Of a stretch of DNA of 64,000 nt, positions 12,596-25,789 are shown piece by piece; the first letter of the stretch is position 1, and each line of letters begins with the position of its first letter. The notes beneath the pieces are model-generated. The model saw only the letters and a list, made by a program, of their open reading frames with translations. It made no database searches and had not been told where the DNA came from. Both the position numbers and the translations under genes were made by a program. The DNA comes from Eledone cirrhosa (lineage: Eukaryota), in assembly GCA_964016885.1 (NCBI GenBank), contig OZ024743.1, forward strand, positions 317,378,001 through 317,442,000, given 5' to 3'.

Positions 12596-13424
12596 CATGA
12601 TGTTAGACATATATTAGACAGAGGAAGGAGTGAAAAGTTTTTTGGGGGATGACCCAATGAAAAGTCAGCATTTTCTAAAGCACAATCTTTTAATTCATTT
12701 GGAATTGCTTCATGGTGAAACAGGACAATAACTGTAAACTGAATTTATTCTCAGACCAGATGTGTCAGGAAAATAGAATGCAGATACCAATTGTGTATCT
12801 GTGCATGCCTCAACCCAGCCAACACCAGCTCTGGTTCTATGAAACACGTTTTATAATGTTCCTATTTAAATTAAAATCATCCAACAAATTTTCTATAAGT
12901 TATATGTTAACTTACTATCTCTCAAAGTTCTTCATTAATTAATTGAAACAGAATGTATTTCATTAGAAATATGGTCACAAAAGGATTGAAAGCTGCACTT
13001 GGAGAGAATTATGGCTGGATAACCACAGAAATATTGGCTTTAGTAGAAAATGGAAAATTTTAATTGGTGCTGTTAAGATAAATGCCTACAATTGTGAATG
13101 AAAACCAAGTTGTGGAGAATTTTTTATTCTATGTTGGTCCCTATTAAATATTGTATGACGAAATAGGTGCTGGCTTCCGGTACCAATCATAACACCAAAT
13201 GTGTGTGTGTGTATGGTGATGATGATATATATATATATTTATTTATTTATTTATAAAGAAAGAGAGTGGGTACTGATCATAACACCAAGTGAGAAATTCT
13301 TGTTTCCTCATAAGGCTGAAATTTAAACAAATCTAAAAGATGAAGACATTGACAGCTTGACATACCAAAACTTTGAGACCAAATATATACTTCAGGAATA
13401 TATAATATAATATATATATATATA

Positions 13425-13860
13425 TTCAAAAGTTCTATTTAAATTGTTGGGATACAACAAGCAAATATTTTTATAACTGATATAAAGCACTCAACAAGTA
13501 TTTGGAGTAAACATACAATATTAACAAATGGAAACTATTTATAAAACCATATTTATTTCATTATACATATTTCAAGGACACCAAGTTAAATTATGGTGTG
13601 CTTTCATCAGACAAAATATAATATAGATCAATTTTATAAATAAATAAATAAATAAATATTGACATACCCTTAAATATTGACATACCCTATCCGGGAGCTT
13701 CCAACAGTAATGGTTGCATTTTTTAAGGGTATGTCAATATTTATTTATAAAACTGATCTATATTATATTTTGTCTGATGAAAGCACACCATAATTTAACT
13801 TGGTGTCCTTGAAATAAATATGGTTTTATAAATATAGTTTCCATTTGTTAATATCGTATA
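13425..13860. mobile_element. Non-coding inverted-repeat element of Penelope pseudo-LTR type, copy A
   Basis: Arms ~13515-13690 and ~13725-13860 are inverted; adjacent to (TA)n; homologous to 33312-33693 in the opposite orientation. Confidence 0.75.
13554..13618 (-). ncRNA. Minimal type-I hammerhead ribozyme motif
   Basis: tattttgt-CTGATGA-aag c acacca [taatttaact] tggtgt c ctt-GAA-ata tg tat-A-atgaaata; stems I-III pair; AUA triplet. Confidence 0.75.
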
Positions 13861-14335
13861 TCATCATCATTTCATTTTACGTCCGCTTTTCCCTGCTTGC
13901 AAGGGTGGGAATATATTATATATATATATATAATATGTCTTATAAGACATTTCTTTGTAGTTTTAATCAACATCTATTTTTTTATGCAAATAGTCTTTGC
14001 CCAATAAATACTCCCTTTAAAACTCCTGGTTCTATGATACAAAGTTATTTGATTTAAAGTGTTTATATTTATTTTAGAACCTTCCATCATAATTTATGTT
14101 ATATGACTAAATCCCTCCAAATTCTTGATTATTTTGAAAATGATTTTAAAATTGACAATGTTTTTCATTAGAAATATCATAACAAAAGAGTTCCATTTTT
14201 TATAATTTTTCTCAACATTTATTCATATTTGTTTTTGTAAGCATTATGTTTGTCAAATAAATCCCCAATTTAAAATTATAAATAAATATCTTTTTAAAAT
14301 GTTTTTAGAATTTTGGGGTTTTATAAGCTGTTAGT

Positions 14336-14371
<36 letters not shown>

Positions 14372-14531
14372 AGGTTGTATTTTAAAATTCAGTCTTATGA
14401 GTGTTAGGGATTCTATAATCTTCAGTGTTTTGATCCCAAGCCCAGTTGCTTCAACCTACCACTGGAAAAAACAAAACAAAAACAAATTCTTTGCTGTTGT
14501 ATTTATGTGTTTGATTAACATCTCGTTACAG

Positions 14532-14662
14532 TTTGTCCAGCTTTCTCTCCACCAGCAACAACTGTCTTCTTAATAATTCTCATCTTTGAAGGAATTTTAT
14601 TTGGTATCTTCACAGCCATAATGTTTGGTTCACAGCTTTCTGCTATATGCACGGATGAAACA
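14532..14662 (+). CDS. ZDHHC3: DHHC palmitoyltransferase ZDHHC3/7-like, penultimate coding exon
   Basis: ttacAG..GTaagt; encodes [43 protein letters not shown] (TM4), matching ZDHHC3/7 CSSFSPP..SICTDET. Confidence 0.92.
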
Positions 14663-14701
14663 GTAAGTTCTGACTAGTTTGGATTTTTTGTTCTTTCATT
14701 T

Positions 14702-14896
14702 ATATCATAATTTCTTTTTGTTTTCCAAACATTTGTTTTGCCCTAACATGGTGGATACTTAAATGTATTTGTGAGTGAATGATAATGATAATATTACTAT
14801 TGTAATATTATTATTATCATTCACTCACAAATACATTTAAGTATCCACCATGTTAGAGCAAAAACAAATTTTCCAATAAAAATGAAATTATGATAT
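14702..14896. repeat. Long near-perfect hairpin in the last ZDHHC intron
   Basis: 14731-14797 pairs with ~14802-14869 around a 4-nt loop (tatt); outer 12-bp arms atatcataattt / aaattatgatat. Confidence 0.9.
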
Positions 14897-15477
14897 TAAT
14901 ATTCAGTTTATTTGCAAGCAAAGAGCCTCATTAACACCATGTGTGTTTTCTAGATGACTATGTCATCCTTTTGTTCCAGCGGGTAGCATCGACGAGAATA
15001 CACAGTCTCGATAAGGAGCAACAACTCCAAAACAGATATTAAATTAAAGACTCTGGCCACCTTCATTTTAAGTGCACTTACCACTCTTAAATGTACTTAA
15101 AAACATACACAAGCACACTCACATACCCAAATATACATTTTTGAATACACCCATTTATACATGCCTTCATACACATATACAGCATATTCTTGCATAAAAC
15201 AACCATCTGGTGTTGCTAAAGTAGAGAAATTTTGATGAATTGCCATAAATATTTTTTGTTTAAAGTTGGTATCTTAAAAGATAAAACCAAAAAGCTCATC
15301 AGGCACATCTATCGTACTAGGCCCCATCCCTGCTGATGTGGAGGCAGGGCTGTGGCAAATGCCCTGTCTGCTCCATTATAACTCTAGCCCTGATGATGGT
15401 GATCAGCTCAGGAGTAGAATATATTTATATATATTGTAAATTTATATCATTTTTATGATGGTGATTTCTTTTTGCAG

Positions 15478-15636
15478 GGTATAGAACAGCTCAAAAAAGA
15501 ACAGGCTACATGGGAGAGGAAATCTCGTTGGTTAAGCATCAAATCAGTTTTTGGTCATCCATTTGGTCTGCATTGGTTCTCACCATTCTCAAAACCACTC
15601 GGATACAAACTTCTACATGAACAATATGCTGTCTAG
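15478..15636 (+). CDS. ZDHHC3: ZDHHC3/7-like, last coding exon
   Basis: ttttgcAG then GIEQLKKEQATWERKSRWLSIKSVFGHPFGLHWFSPFSKPLGYKLLHEQYAV*; completes the DETGIE motif and PaCCT-like VFG..W.SPF; phase 0 matches the previous exon. Confidence 0.93.
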   Translation, partial: GIEQLKKEQATWERKSRWLSIKSVFGHPFGLHWFSPFSKPLGYKLLHEQYAV

Positions 15637-16536
15637 AGCTGGAACTGTTTATTATTATTGTTTTGTTTTGTTTGTTTGTTTGTTGAACTACAGCTAGCCA
15701 CCCTGCCTGTGTCAGTGTGTGTGTCTAGATGCAAACTTGTGATGTCATCTGTTTAAACAACAGCCATTTTAATTCAAGGTTGAAAACTAGATCTCCTCTT
15801 TTATTTTATCTTCCACCACCCCAGGTGCTTTAAAAAATAACAAAACAACATCTCCCCCCAACCTGATGGTTCTGTTGATTAGAACATGTACACCTCACAT
15901 AACAAAGTACATGTACTCCTCGCATAACAAAGTACATGTACTCCTCACATAGCATATGTACTTATTTCAATAACAATTATATAACAGAGTACATGAACCG
16001 AAACCTACCCAAGGACAACACCAACAACAGCAACGTCAACTGTTGATCAGTTTCAATTTCAGATTATCTTCTCAAACTTCTACAGAACCATATATACAAA
16101 TTATGAAAACATCCACACTAACCCAAACACAAACTTCAAACTTGAGATCATGCCTTACAATTTACTTTTCTCAATGTTTTGTTGCTTAATATATAAATAT
16201 ATAATATATATATATGTATATTTGTGTACTCATGCACATACATACTTCTGCAAAATTGGTTACATATATTTCTCCTCCCACACATACTGTCATTTTTCTA
16301 CTTTTCCACAAGTCTGCTTTTACTCCTCGTCTGAAGAGATATTTTTAATTTATTAAAGAGCATTTGTCTGTGCTTGCTGTAATCTTTTCTAAACATTTAA
16401 CCCTAACTTTTTACGTAAATTAAAAGACAAGGTTATTATTGAAATATTCATACACCTTATGTCTGAACTCCAGATAATTTTCCTGTAAGGGTGGTGGATT
16501 GTCAGAAACTTTAGAGTATCGGATAAAATTCCTTAA

Positions 16537-16785
16537 CCCTTTTGTTACCATATTTCTGATGAAAGATACCACCAATGATTGTCAAATAATTTTTAAAATA
16601 CTCAAGAATTTGGAGGGATTTATTAATATAACTAACACTTTCATTATTAAGCTGATGTTTAGAACACAACTTGAAGTTTCTTGCATAAAACTATGATACA
16701 AAGTTTTTAAATAAATATAAACACTTTGAAATAGTTTTGTATCATAGAACCAGGGGTGGTTTCAGGCAGGTTGGTATCAAAAGGG
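16537..16785. mobile_element. piggyBac-like TTAA MITE (abundant family)
   Basis: TTAA|cccttttgttacca ... tggtatcaaaaggg|TTAA; other copies near 12800-12990, 14000-14190, 22230-22462, 23671-23927, 55250-55396, 61925-62400. Confidence 0.85.
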
Positions 16786-16987
16786 TTAAGGTATTTGTTC
16801 CAGCTCTTTATGTTCTGAGTTCAACTTTCATCCTTTTTGGTGTTCGATCAAATAAAGTACCAGTCAAGTACTGGGGTCAATTTAATTGACTCCACTCCCT
16901 ATCCCCCGTCTCCACAAATTGCTAGCCTTGTGGTTAAATTAGGATCCATTATTTATCCTGTAATTTATTCTCTCATATTCCAAATGG

Positions 16988-19900
16988 TTGTTGGCTGAAC
17001 TCTCTCTCTAGTAAGACAACAGTAAATATGGTAGGACAAGCTACATCAGTTAATGTTGTTGGCTGAACTCTCTCTCTAGTAAGACAACAGTAAATATGGT
17101 AGGACAAGCTACATCAGCTAATGTTGTTGGCTGAACTCTCTCTCTAGTAAGACAACAGTAAATATGGTAGGACAAGCTACATCAGCTAATGTTGTTGGCT
17201 GAACTCTCTCTCTCTAGTAAGACAACAGTAAATATGGTAGGACAAGCTACATCAGCTAATGTTGTTGGCTGAACTCTCTCTCTCTAGTAAGACAACAGTA
17301 AATATGGTAGGACAAGCTACATCAGCTAATGTTGTTGGCTGAACTCTCTCTCTCTAGTAAGACAACAGTAAATATGGTAGGACAAGCTACATCAGCTAAT
17401 GTTGTTGGCTGAACTCTCTCTCTAGTAAGACAACAGTAAATATGGTAGGACAAGCTACATCAGCTAATGTTGTTGGCTGAACTCTCTCTCTCTAGTAAGA
17501 CAACAGTAAATATGGTAGGACAAGCTACATCAGCTAATGTTGTTGGCTGAACTCTCTCTCTAGTAAGACAACAGTAAATATGGTAGGACAAGCTACATCA
17601 GCTAATGTTGTTGGCTGAACTCTCTCTCTCTAGTAAGACAACAGTAAATATGGTAGGACAAGCTACATCAGCTAATGTTGTTGGCTGAACTCTCTCTCTA
17701 GTAAGACAACAGTAAATATGGTAGGACAAGCTACATCAGCTAATGTTGTTGGCTGAACTCTCTCTCTAGTAAGACAACAGTAAATATGGTAGGACAAGCT
17801 ACATCAGCTAATGTTGTTGGCTGAACTCTCTCTCTCTAGTAAGACAACAGTAAATATGGTAGGACAAGCTACATCAGCTAATGTTGTTGGCTGAACTCTC
17901 TCTCTAGTAAGACAACAGTAAATATGGTAGGACAAGCTACATCAGCTAATGTTGTTGGCTGAACTCTCTCTCTAGTAAGACAACAGTAAATATGGTAGGA
18001 CAAGCTACATCAGCTAATGTTGTTGGCTGAACTCTCTCTCTCTAGTAAGACAACAGTAAATATGGTAGGACAAGCTACATCAGCTAATGTTGTTGGCTGA
18101 ACTCTCTCTCTCTAGTAAGACAACAGTAAATATGGTAGGACAAGCTACATCAGCTAATGTTGTTGGCTGAACTCTCTCTCTAGTAAGACAACAGTAAATA
18201 TGGTAGGACAAGCTACATCAGCTAATGTTGTTGGCTGAACTCTCTCTCTAGTAAGACAACAGTAAATATGGTAGGACAAGCTACATCAGCTAATGTTGTT
18301 GGCTGAACTCTCTCTCTCTAGTAAGACAACAGTAAATATGGTAGGACAAGCTACATCAGCTAATGTTGTTGGCTGAACTCTCTCTCTCTAGTAAGACAAC
18401 AGTAAATATGGTAGGACAAGCTACATCAGCTAATGTTGTTGGCTGAACTCTCTCTCTAGTAAGACAACAGTAAATATGGTAGGACAAGCTACATCAGCTA
18501 ATGTTGTTGGCTGAACTCTCTCTCTCTAGTAAGACAACAGTAAATATGGTAGGACAAGCTACATCAGCTAATGTTGTTGGCTGAACTCTCTCTCTAGTAA
18601 GACAACAGTAAATATGGTAGGACAAGCTACATCAGCTAATGTTGTTGACTGAACTCTCTCTCTAGTAAGACAACAGTAAATATGGTAGGACAAGCTACAT
18701 CAGCTAATGTTGTTGGCTGAACTCTCTCTCTCTAGTAAGACAACAGTAAATATGGTAGGACAAGCTACATCAGCTAATGTTGTTGGCTGAACTCTCTCTC
18801 TAGTAAGACAACAGTAAATATGGTAGGACAAGCTACATCAGCTAATGTTGTTGGCTGAACTCTCTCTCTAGTAAGACAACAGTAAATATGGTAGGACAAG
18901 CTACATCAGCTAATGTTGTTGGCTGAACTCTCTCTCTCTAGTAAGACAACAGTAAATATGGTAGGACAAGCTACATCAGCTAATGTTGTTGGCTGAACTC
19001 TCTCTCTAGTAAGACAACAGTAAATATGGTAGGACAAGCTACATCAGCTAATGTTGTTGGCTGAACTCTCTCTCTAGTAAGACAACAGTAAATATGGTAG
19101 GACAAGCTACATCAGCTAATGTTGTTGGCTGAACTCTCTCTCTCTAGTAAGACAACAGTAAATATGGTAGGACAAGCTACATCAGCTAATGTTGTTGGCT
19201 GAACTCTCTCTCTCTAGTAAGACAACAGTAAATATGGTAGGACAAGCTACATCAGCTAATGTTGTTGGCTGAACTCTCTCTCTCTAGTAAGACAACAGTA
19301 AATATGGTAGGACAAGCTACATCAGCTAATGTTGTTGGCTGAACTCTCTCTCTCTAGTAAGACAACAGTAAATATGGTAGGACAAGCTACATCAGCTAAT
19401 GTTGTTGGCTGAACTCTCTCTCTCTAGTAAGACAACAGTAAATATGGTAGGACAAGCTACATCAGCTAATGTTGTTGGCTGAACTCTCTCTCTAGTAAGA
19501 CAACAGTAAATATGGTAGGACAAGCTACATCAGCTAATGTTGTTGGCTGAACTCTCTCTCTAGTAAGACAACAGTAAATATGGTAGGACAAGCTACATCA
19601 GCTAATGTTGTTGGCTGAACTCTCTCTCTCTAGTAAGACAACAGTAAATATGGTAGGACAAGCTACATCAGCTAATGTTGTTGGCTGAACTCTCTCTCTA
19701 GTAAGACAACAGTAAATATGGTAGGACAAGCTACATCAGCTAATGTTGTTGGCTGAACTCTCTCTCTAGTAAGACAACAGTAAATATAGTAGGACAAGCT
19801 ACATCAGCTAATGTTGTTGGCTGAACTCTCTCTCTAGTAAGACAACAGTAAATATGGTAGGACAAGCTACATCAGCTAATGTTGTTGGCTGAACTCTCTC

Positions 19901-20460
19901 TCTAGTAAGACAACAGTAAATATAGTAGGACAAGCTACATCAGCTAATGTTGTTGGCTGAACTCTCTCTCTAGTAAGACAACAGTAAATATAGTAGGACA
20001 AGCTACATCAGCTAATGTTGTTGGCTGAACTCTCTCTCTAGTAAGACAACAGTAAATATGGTAGGACAAGCTACATCAGCTAATGTTGTTGGCTGAACTC
20101 TCTCTCTAGTAAGACAACAGTAAATATAGTAGGACAAGCTACATCAGCTAATGTTGTTGGCTGAACTCTCTCTCTAGTAAGACAACAGTAAATATGGTAG
20201 GACAAGCTACATCAGCTAATGTTGTTGGCTGAACTCTCTCTCTAGTAAGACAACAGTAAATATGGTAGGACAAGCTACATCAGCTAATGTTGTTGGCTGA
20301 ACTCTCTCTCTAGTAAGACAACAGTAAATATAGTAGGACAAGCTACATCAGCTAATGTTGTTGGCTGAACTCTCTCTCTAGTAAGACAACAGTAAATATG
20401 GTAGGACAAGCTACATCAGCTAATGTTGTTGGCTGAACTCTCTCTCTCTTTCAAGACAAC
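16988..20460. repeat. Large homogeneous minisatellite, 68/70 bp unit, ~50 copies
   Basis: gttgttggctgaa(ct)5-6agtaagacaacagtaaatatggtaggacaagctacatcagctaat; diverged units continue to ~20720. Confidence 0.97.
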
Positions 20461-21824
20461 AGTAAATATGGTAGGTTGAATTAGATCATCTCTATCAAGA
20501 CAACAGTAAATATGGTAGGTTGAGCCACATCAGCTAATGTTGGTGACTGAACTCTCTCTCTAGGAAGACAACAGTAAATATACTAAGTAGAGTAACATCA
20601 TCTCTAGCAACACACTAGTGTATGTGGTACGTTTAGTTACATCAGCTAATGATGGTGGATGAACTCTCTCTAGGAAAACAACAGTAAATAAACTAGGTTG
20701 AGTCACATTAGCTGATGTTCTGCCCGGGCAATTCACCCGATCTAATGATCAGCTGATGTTGTCTCTTACCAAAATCAACTTTTCAATCTCACTTAAACAT
20801 GAATTTTGTTTATTTTTGTTAAATTTATATTTTTAGATATTGACATAGAATCTTTTTTATTTTTTTTTTTTAGTTTTAATAATTAAGGCAGAGTCATAAT
20901 GTCAGGTAGAATGCTACATGGTATTCTTTCTGACTCTCTGTACTCGGAGTTCAAGTCCTACAAGCCTTTCGAGGTAAATAAAGTACCTGTCTGGTATTGG
21001 GGTTAATTCATTCTCTCTCTCTCTCTCTCTCTCTTATGCACACACAAATCAGCTGTGTTCAAAACTAGAGAGGAATGGGTTCTGCCAGGTTTACATGCCC
21101 AAGACACAGTATATCACTATACCCCCACCCCCTCGCACCACGACTCTATCAGGAGCTAAGGGTCCATGGCTTGGATGGATAGATAGAATTTTATAATCAT
21201 TGATTATTTTTATTAATTTTTAGCTGAAGCCTTCCAGCCCTTTCATTTTGATGTATGAAGCCCTTTCTAGCCCTTTCATTTTAGTGTCCTACTGAACCCT
21301 TTTCAGTAACCTCCACCACCCTTATAAATTCATCATTCCATTGGAAGGGTGTACATTTGCTCTGTACAACTTCCAAACACATTCAATCAAAGCAACATTT
21401 GTGTGAAAAGATTTTTTTTTTGTTTTGTTTTGTTCAAATGCCTATGGACAGTTAAATTTTTAAACAAGTGATATTTTTTTTAAAGAAAAGTTACATCAAA
21501 TGTTTTAAATAGAGGTTGTAAATTTAATGTGAATTTTGAAATTAAATTAAATAACTAAAAAAAAATCAGTGTACTTGCTTGAATGAATGACAGTAGATGA
21601 AGCATGAAAAGGAGCTTTGAATGTGCTTGTTTTTACCATCCTGACTGCCAGATCCATTGATTGTGCATATTGGAGTGTTTTTAGTGACAGTTTTATTCAG
21701 CTCTGTCTGTGAATTGCTTGTTTTAGAGTACAGCTGTGTATTCTTTCTTCTAAGGTGTCCATTCTCTGTGGTAGAATTCAGAAGTGGACAAGAACAGAAA
21801 TGGGGAGTCTTGCTTACTTCAGCA

Positions 21825-22062
21825 AAGTCTAAAGTCTGTTTTGAGCCTGGAAGCTCATCAGGTTGCTGCTTATCCCTGGTTTATGTGGTATTAAGTGACT
21901 GAGAGTACAAGACTCCCCCTTGGACAGGATGCCAGTCCATTGTATGGTTAAAGCCCCAGATATTGGTGGTACTCATTTTCAGCTGAGTATACTGGAGCAA
22001 CGTGAAATGAAGTGTTTTGCTCAAGAACACAACACACAACCCAGTCCAGGAATGGAACCCAC
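21825..22062 (-). mobile_element. tRNA-derived CORE(MIR)-like SINE (family B)
   Basis: Minus strand: ggttccattcctgg B-box, tgttcttgagcaaaacacttcatttcac core-like block, agacttt tail; copies at 10060-10145, 23320-23505, 38200-38465, 50375-50475, 53000-53140. Confidence 0.7.
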
Positions 22063-24599
22063 TTCAGCAAAGATCCACGTGAAAACAGAGTTGAGCTTGT
22101 TCTTTCAGCCTTAACCTCACATCACATCTCCCTCTAACTTCCAGCTCTTAACACACTATACCACTGTTAATATATCAGTATACCTGATATACTGACTATT
22201 AATCTAACATACTCTCTTTGACAAACTTAACCCTCGTGTTGCAATATTTCTAATGAAAGACAATGGCTATAATTTTCAAATCATTTTGAAAATAAAGCAT
22301 TTGAAGGGATTTAGTAATATAACTAACTAACTTTCATTTATCTGGTGTCTGGAACATAACTTAACAAAGGTTCTTACATACAATTATGATGAAAGGTTTT
22401 GAAATAAATATAAACACCTAAAATGAACTAGGGATGGTTTCAGGTGGTTTGTTATTAAGAGGTTAAAGGTTCATAGCTATTATGACAAGCACTGATGTAG
22501 CTAATGTAACATCTACAGTAAGGTCACTCTGTCCTTTGTCAACATACCCAGTATATTCACTACTATGTCAGAATATTGTCAACATACCCAATAATGTAAC
22601 TTCCATGTCAACATACCCAATAATATGACCTCCATATCAACATGGCCTTGGTGTTAAGTTCTCTCTATGATTTTTATCTGTTGAAGTTTATTATTGAGAT
22701 GTTTTGTTTGTGTTTTCTTGACAACGGTAATGTTATTTCTACCAACAAATGTTTTAAATATTACATTTTCTATGTATATTCCACCAAGAGTATCTCTTAA
22801 AATATGTTAACTGCATAGATTCTACTGAGAGGTCTCTTAAATACTGTTAACTGTGTAAATCCTTCAAAAGAGATGTTACTATTTAAGTTATCTGCATAAA
22901 ATAAATCAATTATTTCTTTAAAAACCCTTAACTAGTAAAGAAAAAACAACACAAAAAGTATTTAGAGAACTATTCTACATAAATTGAACCAGAGACGCTT
23001 CATTGTTGTTACAGCTCATACATATGTAGGATTAGCTGATCTTCTACAAGGTTGTATCTTATAGGAGATTTTTGGGGTCTTTTAATGATATGTGGCCTCA
23101 GTGTTGTTATTACAGTTCACACGTATGTAGAATTAGCTGATCTTCTATAAGGTTGTATCTTGTAGGATATTTTTAGGGTCTTTTAATGATAGGAGCCCTT
23201 AGTGTAGTTCAGACAGCTCACACCTATGTAAGTTTAGTTGGCCTCCAACAAGGTTTCTTGGATGTTTTAATGATAAACGTCATAGTCCTATCATGAAACC
23301 ACCCCCACGCCTTGGATCAGACTCCTGTCCATTGGAGGGGTTAATCCCAGCCGCCACTGGCACTCATTTTCTTTTTCTATTGGGTGAACTGGAGTAACAT
23401 GAAATGAAGTGTCCTGCTGAAGAATGCAATGCACCACCTCGTCCAGGATTCAAACCCACAACCTTATAATTGTAAGTTCAACACCATAACTACTAGGCTA
23501 CTCACCTTTATTGATGCTTAATTCTTTCAATATTGAAGTCAGTTCATGTAAAATTATTTATTATGCTTGTCTTCAGTAATAGGAGGAAAAAAAAAAGGAG
23601 AGAAATATGAAAATATTTTTTCTCAGAAATATTTGCAGGAAATTATCAGCTTCTATTTTCAGTTATTTAACCCTCTTGTTACCATATTTCTAATGAAAGA
23701 CACTGCCTATGATTTTCAAGTCATTTTGAAAATAATCAAGGATTTGGAGGGATTTAGTAACACAACTAACTTTTTCATTATTAAACTGTTGTTTGGAGCA
23801 TAATTTAACAAAGGTTCTTACATAGAATTATGATGATGATAATAATAATACCAACAATAATAATAATGATAAACAGCTTTGACCCATAAAACCAGGGGTG
23901 GCTTCTGGCAGTTTGGTATTCAAAGGGTTAAGCATGCATGCTATCACAGCTTTGCATGGCTTTAAAGTAATGTACCAAATAGCCCAATCCTGCCTCTTTC
24001 AATATTGTCACTCAATTTGTGCCATGTGATATAATGATAATAATTACAGTCAACATCTATTTCTAGTATATTTTTTAATGTAACAAATATGTTTAAAACG
24101 AAACAAAAACTAAACATTTATTTTCAGTTATTGGTTTATTCCACTTAAATATTTTTCTGCCCTTGTTATGTACATGTTTTCTGGGTTGTTTATTTTTTTT
24201 TTGTTTCCCCCACACCATCATCATCATCATTTGCATCAACAGCAGCACATGTCAACACAAACCACTCTTATTTAATAAAGGATATACCATTATTTCAATA
24301 TTCTTCATTATACTGAAATAACCATTTCTTACAAGCTATTCTTTTTTCTCTTTTACTGATTTCAGTCATTTAACTGTGGCCATACTGGGGCACTGCCTTA
24401 AAGGGATTTAGTTGATCTTATTGACTTTATCTTTTCATATCTGGTACATACCACTAATTTACAGGACATACACAAGGTTGAGAGAACTCTTCAATTGTGT
24501 CAAAGACATGACAACCTCCCTAGTGTCGGCGCCACAATAAAACATCAAGAACTATATATATATATATATATAGTGTGTATATATATATATATATATATA

Positions 24600-24946
24600 C
24601 ACAGTAGTCCCCTGGTGTTTGCGGGGTAATGTTCCTAGAGCATCTGCAAAGAGTGGGAAACTGCAAATATTGGACGTGGTCCATAAAAATGCTTTTAAAC
24701 GTCAAAATATAACGTAAAATATAATTTAAAAATAAAAAAAGAGGGAGCATATTATGTGAAAGGTTGTCCAATAGGCTGGCAAATATGGTATATGGTTATT
24801 AACAATTTAGCGTTAAAAAAATATATATTGCCATGGAAGATATTTATGATTCTGCGAATATGCGGTGGTTTCCACAAACAATTATTAGTTAGGTTCTAAG
24901 GAAAAATCTGAATAACTGGGACCGCGAATTCCGGGCGGGTACACTC
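24600..24946. mobile_element. Tigger/pogo-like MITE, degenerate TIRs
   Basis: Starts cagtagtcccc..tttgcgg and ends ccgcgaattccgggcgggtacact inside (TA)n. Confidence 0.45.
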
Positions 24947-25789
24947 TCTCTCTCTATATATATATATAAAAACATTAATTGAAAAGGTTTGAAGCGATGA
25001 GTATATATGAATTTTCATAAAATTGTAGTAATCTCAGCGTGAAGGATAATCATAAGTAGCTGGATACTATATGTATAGTAAAAAGTTGGGTAAGATATAA
25101 CCTCATATCAAACGGTGAGTGGGGAATGAAAAGAAGAAAGAGAGTCTAAAACATGAGATGAGAAATGATAGAGTTATAGAGAAGGGGTGAGGAGAAGAGC
25201 GGAAGTGAGATTGATGGAGAATTACAAAAAGATAAAAAGATAGAGAAAGTAAACTAACAAGAAATAGAGCTTTAGCGTCATGTGAATCATTAGCTTCCAT
25301 CAAGACTAACAGTTTCTCGCAAGAGAAGAAGGACTATGTATAGAAGAAGTCTTGCCCATGCAACAGAACTTAAATTTCTGTTGTTCTGATGCTGGAATAG
25401 GGGAATGAGCAGTGGGGCATGTCCATGCCAAGCCGTTCTCAATAAGAAAAGAGGCTGTCTAGTATTCTGAACAGGACAGCAGCGGCAGTAGGCAACAAGA
25501 GAGCGAAAGTATCAGTAGCAGCAGTGGCAACAAGGGAGGTGATAGCAGAAGAAATAAAAAATAGATAGAGAGTGGGTGAAGAAAAAGAGTGACAAAATAG
25601 GTAGATAGATAAACCTGTCTCTAGCACCTACTGATTTAGAAAGCCTACATGTGTGTGTATATATATATGCACATATATATGTGTGTATATATGTATATAA
25701 CTTACATATGTACGTATATATGTAATTATGTATTCAAAATAGGGGGGGCACAGGGAAAAGACAATGAGAAAAACAACAGAAAGACAGAT

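Noticed and set aside
14313-14531. Poly-T acceptor at 14373 as the missing upstream ZDHHC exon
   Set aside because: Translation does not resemble the TM3 exon, no donor is evident, and extension to 14532 is 158 nt (frameshifting)
15001-15056. agtct-cgataa-ggag[caacaa]ctcc-aaaa..agact as a hammerhead
   Set aside because: Stems I and II are plausible, but both core strands are mutated and there is no stem III; at best a relic
16988-20460. CRISPR-like regular repeats (also 40517-41750 and 48903-49941)
   Set aside because: Head-to-tail units without unique spacers, eukaryotic context, no cas genes
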